Below are positions 54,901 through 61,629 of a DNA stretch of 61,629 bases, in pieces. The notes below the pieces were generated by a model. It searched no databases, was not told where the DNA came from, and saw nothing but the letters and a program-made list of their open reading frames with translations. Position 1 is the first letter of the stretch. The number at the start of each line of letters is the position of its first letter. Source of the DNA: Paraglomus brasilianum (lineage: Eukaryota); the NCBI GenBank assembly GCA_910592345.1, contig CAJVPI010000069.1:1-61629 (forward strand), written 5' to 3'. Position numbers and translations under genes: made by a program.

Positions 54901-57057
54901 TAGATCGCTGGTTAAGTGTTAAATCGCTTTCTCGATCAGCGGTTAACAAGTCTGATCTTGCATCGAACTTATCGGAACTTAGGCATCAGGATTTCTAATT
55001 AATTGTGTTTAACGCGTTACTACTATTATTATAAACTTTCCCGTCACAGATTTTCGTAACAATCCCTAGCGAATCATAGTCATTGTTTGACTCAGACGTT
55101 AAATAGAATCCAGAGAAGGTGTATACAGTTGGATTAAGTCCGTGAGTATTGATAAATCCTATTAGGTCACCAATTGACTAGATAGTAGGAACGAGCCTAA
55201 GAGTTCCGCTGGAAGACGACTAAATTCCACGAACGCTCTCCAATCCAACATGAGCAACTGTTTTTTTGAGGTGATAAATTTAGTAGTTGTGAAACTCATA
55301 AGTCCCGGTCAAAAAATAGCAGGTGATTTGACACAATGATTTTCTGAGGTAATGATTTTCATGCATTGATGCAACGACGAGGCAAGACAATAATTTTCAT
55401 CAATGATAATGATTTTTGAGACAGCGTTTGTCTGAGCCAATTCACCAAATCTTGCCTAAACAAAATAGTATCCTCATTACACCTTTTTGTAAACTGCATG
55501 ACGTATATCATACAGTCACGTCCCTCTTGGGTATAATTCAACTTCCTTTTGTATCTCAGGATAATTTCCTTCGGTTGCGTTATTCTTATCCTCAAAATTC
55601 CAAGAAACCTATTACCCATATTTTTATGACCATGTTCCTTCTGGCCTACATGTCTGGACTCTGCCTTATACGGGATTTTTTCAAATGTTCATTCACCAAA
55701 GCTTTGCTAATTTATTGCCCGTTTGTAACTTAGGATCTCGACACAAATTTGAGGGACGATGTTTAGCACTTTATTAGTTTGTTTCTTCTGATAAGTGCAT
55801 TACTACATGATAAATAATGACTGTCGAGGTAGTAGAATTGTCGGTGAAACATGAATGAATATAAATTACGGGTGCGGATAACCAGGAAGTGTTGCACAAC
55901 TCATAATATTTCTGCCATGACAATGAGTTATCTGCAAGTAATTAGTTAAGAGGCATACTGTATATGCAGCTTGAAAGAGAATATTGTACACGTTTGGACC
56001 CTGCCAGTCAGGTGTGTCACCAAAATGTCGTGACTGAAAAGATTTGTCTGTATCATACACTTAAAACAGTAGTCCCGATAATTCAGGATGACATGATAAT
56101 CGAAATATTGTAAATATTTGTCGGCATTATTTCACTCAATTCAGGGATTTATGTACGACATATTTAATGAGACCCAGGGAAAATTACAGACAGGAAAACT
56201 CACAACTCTTTTGCATAAATCATAATTTTATGATTCCTCACGGTTATGGCTTTTGACATAAATCATAAATCTTATGGTTCCTCGCCATTGCTTACACCAT
56301 TGTTGGTATTGCAACATTGTATAACAACACTTAAAGAAAGCTGAAAGGGTGTATTCCCATCCTCGTTTGAAGCATTACATGCTTGATATATTAAACGAGC
56401 CAAGTAGACGAGCAGTGGGAGAATGATAGTGCTCGCAACACAAACTACTGAAATAAATAAAACAAACCATATTTAGACGTATCGAAAAACAGGGGGAGCG
56501 AACACTTACAGTATATGACTCACTTATAATCTCGGTTTTGGCCGAAGAAAGTGACGTACTAGTTATTAGTGAAGGCAATCTGCGTTAATGTCAAAATCTC
56601 TACCACACAATAAACTTTTTCTTACTACCTTTCTCCTGCCCACTCAGAAGTGTTATACGTCGATAAACAATTGCTTTGCGCACCACTAATCCAGAAGTTT
56701 GTTATTCGAACGAGTTAAACGCGATAGCTGACATTGGAAATATGCCAATTTAATACTTTACCAGGATGTCATAGCAGCATAAGGGCTAGCCATTAAAAGT
56801 GTTATGATCTTTGTGGTTACAAATGCTGGTTGTATCTGTAAAATCCCTCTTTACTGAAAATTTGAGGCAGGAGGAAATCGAGCAGTCTTAACTATTAAAC
56901 TGTTTAGTTGTTTCAGCTCTTTAAAGATCGTGTAGCATATAAAGAATTTGTCGCTCGAGAATACTCTTATTCAGGTGTGGAGATTCGTATTTCGTAAACA
57001 TAAATACTTTGACGATTAATACGTAAATAAATACAACCGCGGGTTAAGTTATACTAA

Positions 57058-57243
57058 CATGTTATGATGTGGACAGTGAGATGTAACGTCTTGTGGACAG
57101 GATTTTTTAAAGAGTATGTGTTGGTGTCGAGATTAGGGGTGAATTATTTCAGAAGCGTGCGAATTATAAGATGAGGAATGCAAATTTCTCTATCCGATAT
57201 TTTCAACGTTTAGAACTTATCCGTTTTTTATATACCTTTCTCA
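57058..57243 (-). repeat. Diverged duplicate of the Ecl1-like gene's 5' UTR / proximal upstream region (23079-23290)
   Basis: Shared blocks CATGTTAT, AGATGTAA(A)CGTCT, TTTTAAAGAGT, GTGAATTATTTCAGAAGCGTGCGAATT(A/G)TAAGATGAG, TTCAAC(G/A)TTTAGAAC in the same order and orientation. Confidence 0.85.
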
Positions 57244-57247
57244 TAAG

Positions 57248-57790
57248 CTTTGTACTACATGCCCTCACTTCCTTTGTACTGCCTCAATATTTATTTATAC
57301 ATAACTACTATAACTTACTATAACTCGCATAACTGAGGGCATGTAGTACAAAGGAAGTGAGACATGTACTACAAAGGAAGTGATTTCAGTTTTAAAAAGA
57401 CAACACAGTACCGTTGGAACCTTGACAGGGAAAGGTGTAAGAACCTCCTCGAATATCGGAATAAGGGTCATCCCATGCGTGCTTAATAAACCGCAAAATC
57501 TCAGTTTTAAAAAGTTGATCTAGTCTTAGTCTTGATATTTTAAATACGTAGTCAAAATTGATATCTATCAGCGTCAATACTTTTACTGTACTGAGCCATG
57601 TAATACAAAGGAAGTGAGGTAAGTAGTACAAAGTACAAAGTAAGCGAGGCAACATGTTTCTGACGGAAAATACGCACTTAATGACGCACACCCCGTTAAC
57701 GGCATTACTCGGTACGCTTTTCAATAAGTACAACTTTATTGCTGAATGTACACTTTTCCCCTTCTTATTTGCAAGTAGTACAAAGTAAGA
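57248..57790. repeat. Palindrome plus dispersed TACAAAGGAAGTGA / GTAGTACAAAG motif array, probably a transposon terminus
   Basis: Perfect 20-bp inverted repeat CTTTGTACTACATGCCCTCA (57248-57267) / TGAGGGCATGTAGTACAAAG (57334-57353); motif recurs near 57265 (inverted), 57370, 57604, 57623 and 57775. Confidence 0.6.
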
Positions 57791-60700
57791 AGCTTTTTTT
57801 TTATAATTTAGAACTTTATTCCTATGTCAAGATTTACGATAAACACGACGTATTCCTCAGTGATTTCCGACGAGTTACACCAACATTTCCAGCCGCAGCC
57901 CAATATTTGTAGGACCAAATAACGAAACAGATTTCGATATATCGGGTTGACAGATGAAAACGAAACAGATTTCACCCGATGCGGACGGATTTGTTTTATT
58001 TAATTTAATCCTCATGTATTTATTAGCTTTAGAATATAGAACAGCGCAGTAAGCGCAGAACTCGAAATAGATATATAAGCAGTCGTAATTTCCTTAGCAA
58101 ACGGTGTCTTCGGTTGAATAGATTCGATCTTGAATCTAAGAATTGTTATAACATAGTAAATTAAATAAACATATTATATTTATAAATAGTATTCTCTGAT
58201 CTATATTGTGGAGTGCCGATAAAGCTTGAAAACGCTTTCTTGATCGGTGCTTGATAAAATCGACTTGTTGTGTAGCGCGTTTGAGATAAATGTACTGCCT
58301 CACGTGGATACGGATATTCACATTCGAATACAAGAAGCTCGGCTAAAAGCAAGAAGAAATATTACTTCATACAGCTAACCGTAAACACTTGACGGAATCA
58401 TTGTTGAGGTTGTTATAACAAAAAAATTTTATAGTTTCCCAAATTAGTTATCCTTGCCTCACTAGGTGATTCTTTATGAAATGTCTCTTCTTTATTTTTC
58501 ATCAATCAATTTAGTTCATCGTATAAAGCATTGAGAAATTCCGCCAGATTTGTTATAGAGCCCAAAAAGCTTTAGTTTCAAATTATAAGATTTTTTATGC
58601 GCAGATGTCTGCTTTACTATCTCGTCATTTATTGATATATTGTTTCTTTTGTCTGTGACTCTCTAGGTTTAATACTAGAGCAAATAGATTTCTAGTTAGT
58701 TTTATTAAGTCTTTGAAAGCTGCTATTTGCAAGTAGAACACAGAGTAAATGAGAAACTTTTATATCTTGCGAGATTTTATCAAAGATGCTTGTAAGTATT
58801 AGTTAGATATCTGTGGTAATAGACACGAGAATAAGCTCTTTTAACCCCTGGTTTGATACAAGACACAGATCATAACCATTATATTCTCACAATATAAATA
58901 AAGTTGGCAGTCAAAACAGGCGCCAAGAAGATACGGGATTATATTTTCGCACCGAGAAGTATTATTGCCCGACGTTAAGCAAAAAGATGTTACGTTAACT
59001 GTACACGCAATACTCTGTAATCACTGCAATCTCGTTTCACACACTAAAATTTGACGGTGTCACAGCATTTTGAAAACCGCAATAAAAAGGTGTCAATTGT
59101 CGACTTGTATCACTTGGTTATTAATACTATTAGCAATGAGTTGACAAACAAGAACGCTTTTTGTTACTATCAAAAAACAATAATTTTCATACGTCATTGA
59201 TGTTATTACGGTTTAACCTGCTACAATAACAATCTTATTATGACATTTCAAATTCACATTAATCATGTTGTCTCGACTAAACTCTGTGAAATTGGCCTAA
59301 ATGTTACCGGACCCCTTACTATAATAATATGTGTGTTTCTTTCTTTCTTTATTTAATGTAGCCTAATTACAGATAAGTGCTATAATATATACAGTACGTA
59401 GCATAACGTACTAATTGGAAGAGGTAATGAATTCGATAATAACAACCTATAAAATAAAACGAAAATTATAAGATAATATTTCTAAATTGACTTCATTCTA
59501 CTATTAGCACGCGATGAATCTTGTCTGAGAATCAAATTATTTCCTTACACGTCACCTACCGTACGTATCTCACTTACTGTAACTCTACTGTAAACTTGAC
59601 GAGCTGTCTGGTAGGAGATAGCTTTTGAAAACTATGAAACGCTGGAGGCGGCAAAAGAATGCACATCTTTCTGTATTTTAGTACACATTATACACTCACT
59701 AGAAAAAAGTCACTGGACACTTTATTTATTTAAGCCTTACTGTAAAATGAGAGAATTTTTTTAATAGCTTATTGGGTCCCCACGCCTCTCAATACATTCA
59801 CAAAAGTCTAAAAATACTAGAAATTAATCTATTATAAGTTTTGTCTGGGCATTTTTCTTTGACGCCATATATAATTCGCGCTTATTTGCGGGTCGTAAAT
59901 TTCGTTTTCGCATTCGATTATGTTTACTAAAGTATATGAGTCCTTCAGCAGCAAGATGCGGCAAAACCAGTCGAAGGGAGGCGGATGCCGTTCAAGTCCG
60001 GTTATGTAATTATACGGATTTTGACCGACTTAGTTCGTAATGTTGCCAATTTAGCTTGAAAAACGTCTAGAAGTGCTCCCCAAAGGAGAGATAGCCAAGA
60101 CCATTCTTTATTATAAGCATCAAGAATAAGAGATTGATATAATACGAATGCACAACAAAGAGCTTGTGGTGTACAATATATTACCGATTGTCTCAAGCTT
60201 AACATTGTCGCAAAGATATGGATTTGATTTATTTGATTTAGGAACATCCCATAGTAATTGTCGTATACTGTACATAATAAGAGACTACTACGTACGTCGT
60301 CTATCTGGTCATTAGATCTGAGATCTTACATTTCCATCGCCATCCTTTGCTGCATGAACTTACCTTTTTCACATAGTTTTGATATTCATTCGCTCTTCAT
60401 GCTCTTCATTTTTCCTAAAATATTTCCGCATTAACCAACAAGTACCCATTTATCGTAATTTTCTGTGCAAATCTTTCGGGGGAGTTTATATCATATACTT
60501 GATACTTGATACTGAATTAACTTTACCCACCCACCACCCAAGCCTGAAGGAGCGTATTTGTTACATCCTCAGTTGTTATTGTTATTATTTAATTTCGTCA
60601 TCATATTTTAGTAATGGTCATAATCTATCAGCGTTGTGTGTCACATGTTTGAAAGATCGTCGGTAAATAAAAATTTTCCGTCTTTGTCGCACAGTCCTAT

Positions 60701-61330
60701 TATTAATTTTATGCGTGAAATAAAAAGGACATGACTCATATGAGCAACCTCATGTTTATATCCTGAAGTCACGTCCCACTTCGCATTCCCATATATAATT
60801 ATAAAAAGTATAATTAACAACATATCAACCGCTTTTTTGCCACACACCTCTATAATAAAAAATATTTTATTTCTTTTTCGCATCCTACTTATTAGTTTGA
60901 AAAAAGTCTCAATATTTACCGTCGATTCTACAATGTTACTAATTCGTGGTTGGTCTATTAATGACATGACCATCCTCTTTATCCTTTACTCCACCATCCG
61001 AAAACCACTTCCCCAAACTTATAATCCTTCAAATAACGCATACTGGGTGTCCCTCCGATGAACTGCAAAAAAGTTTTACGCCTACTTATGAAAAATCGAC
61101 GTTATTTAACATCAATCTCAAAGAAAAACTACTACCACGGCTCCGCATCAACATACATTGTGTATCAATTCTAATTTTCTATAGCCATCAAATTTTTTAT
61201 TAATTCGACGTGTATTGACTACTAGTCATGCATGGGATATATGATAAGTAGAAAAATCATAAATCACTGTCGAATAAACTCCAAGTTTATGAAAATTTTA
61301 AATCGCTAAATTATAAAATAATGAAAGATG

Positions 61331-61629
61331 TTAACCTATTTCTGAACTTGACAAACTGAAATCTGGTAGCGGAGGAAAATTATCACTGTTTCTTGGTTGA
61401 GGCAAATCTCCAGTAGGTAGGCACTTACTAGAATATTTATTCTCCTTCTCAAGACGTGATAAGGGTTTTACATCATTATGATAAACGGCATTCCACGTGT
61501 TGTTGTCATACTTGTCAATAAGCTCGATAATATCATCCAAAAGTGTCTCTGTATTTAGACGCTTATCAGGATCAGCATCACAACACCGCTCGGCAAGTTT
61601 CTTGTATTCCTCTGGTGCGGAATCAGGCA
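61331..61629 (-). CDS. 3' part of a protein kinase gene (TKL-like, subdomain XI and tail), truncated by the window edge
   Basis: Open frame PDSAPEEYKKLAERCCDADPDKRLNTETLLDDIIELI...YSSKCLPTGDLPQPRNS matches the kinase subdomain XI pattern C-W/C-xxDPxKR. May splice at G|GTTAAC near 61336. Confidence 0.8.
   Translation of the reverse strand, partial: PDSAPEEYKKLAERCCDADPDKRLNTETLLDDIIELIDKYDNNTWNAVYHNDVKPLSRLEKENKYSSKCLPTGDLPQPRNSDNFPPLPDFSLSSSEIG

Noticed and set aside
55330..55733. Overlapping short ORFs on both strands
   Set aside because: No recognisable domain or supportable exon structure.

Overview
AT-rich, intron-containing eukaryotic DNA. The gene and repeat content (expanded intronless F-box genes, a TKL-type kinase tail, many TA-targeting DNA transposons, a U12-type intron) points to an early-diverging fungus, most likely Glomeromycotina; that assignment is inference. 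Left end: a 10-exon short-chain dehydrogenase (+) with a PTS2 motif, convergent with a ~17-exon cullin-1 gene (-) whose first intron has minor-spliceosome signals. Then ~27 kb of gene-poor sequence with a decayed transposase, an Ecl1-family gene and a nested pair of TIR elements. 35.6-53.5 kb holds four paralogous F-box genes (one frameshifted and mosaic) with hypervariable loops, interleaved with nested transposons, a probably GPI-anchored subtilisin and an unknown Glu-rich protein. Right end: an internally deleted Tc1-type element, a diverged copy of the Ecl1 upstream region next to a palindromic repeat, and the 3' part of a protein kinase gene. All exon boundaries and alignments were read by eye; no database searches were run.
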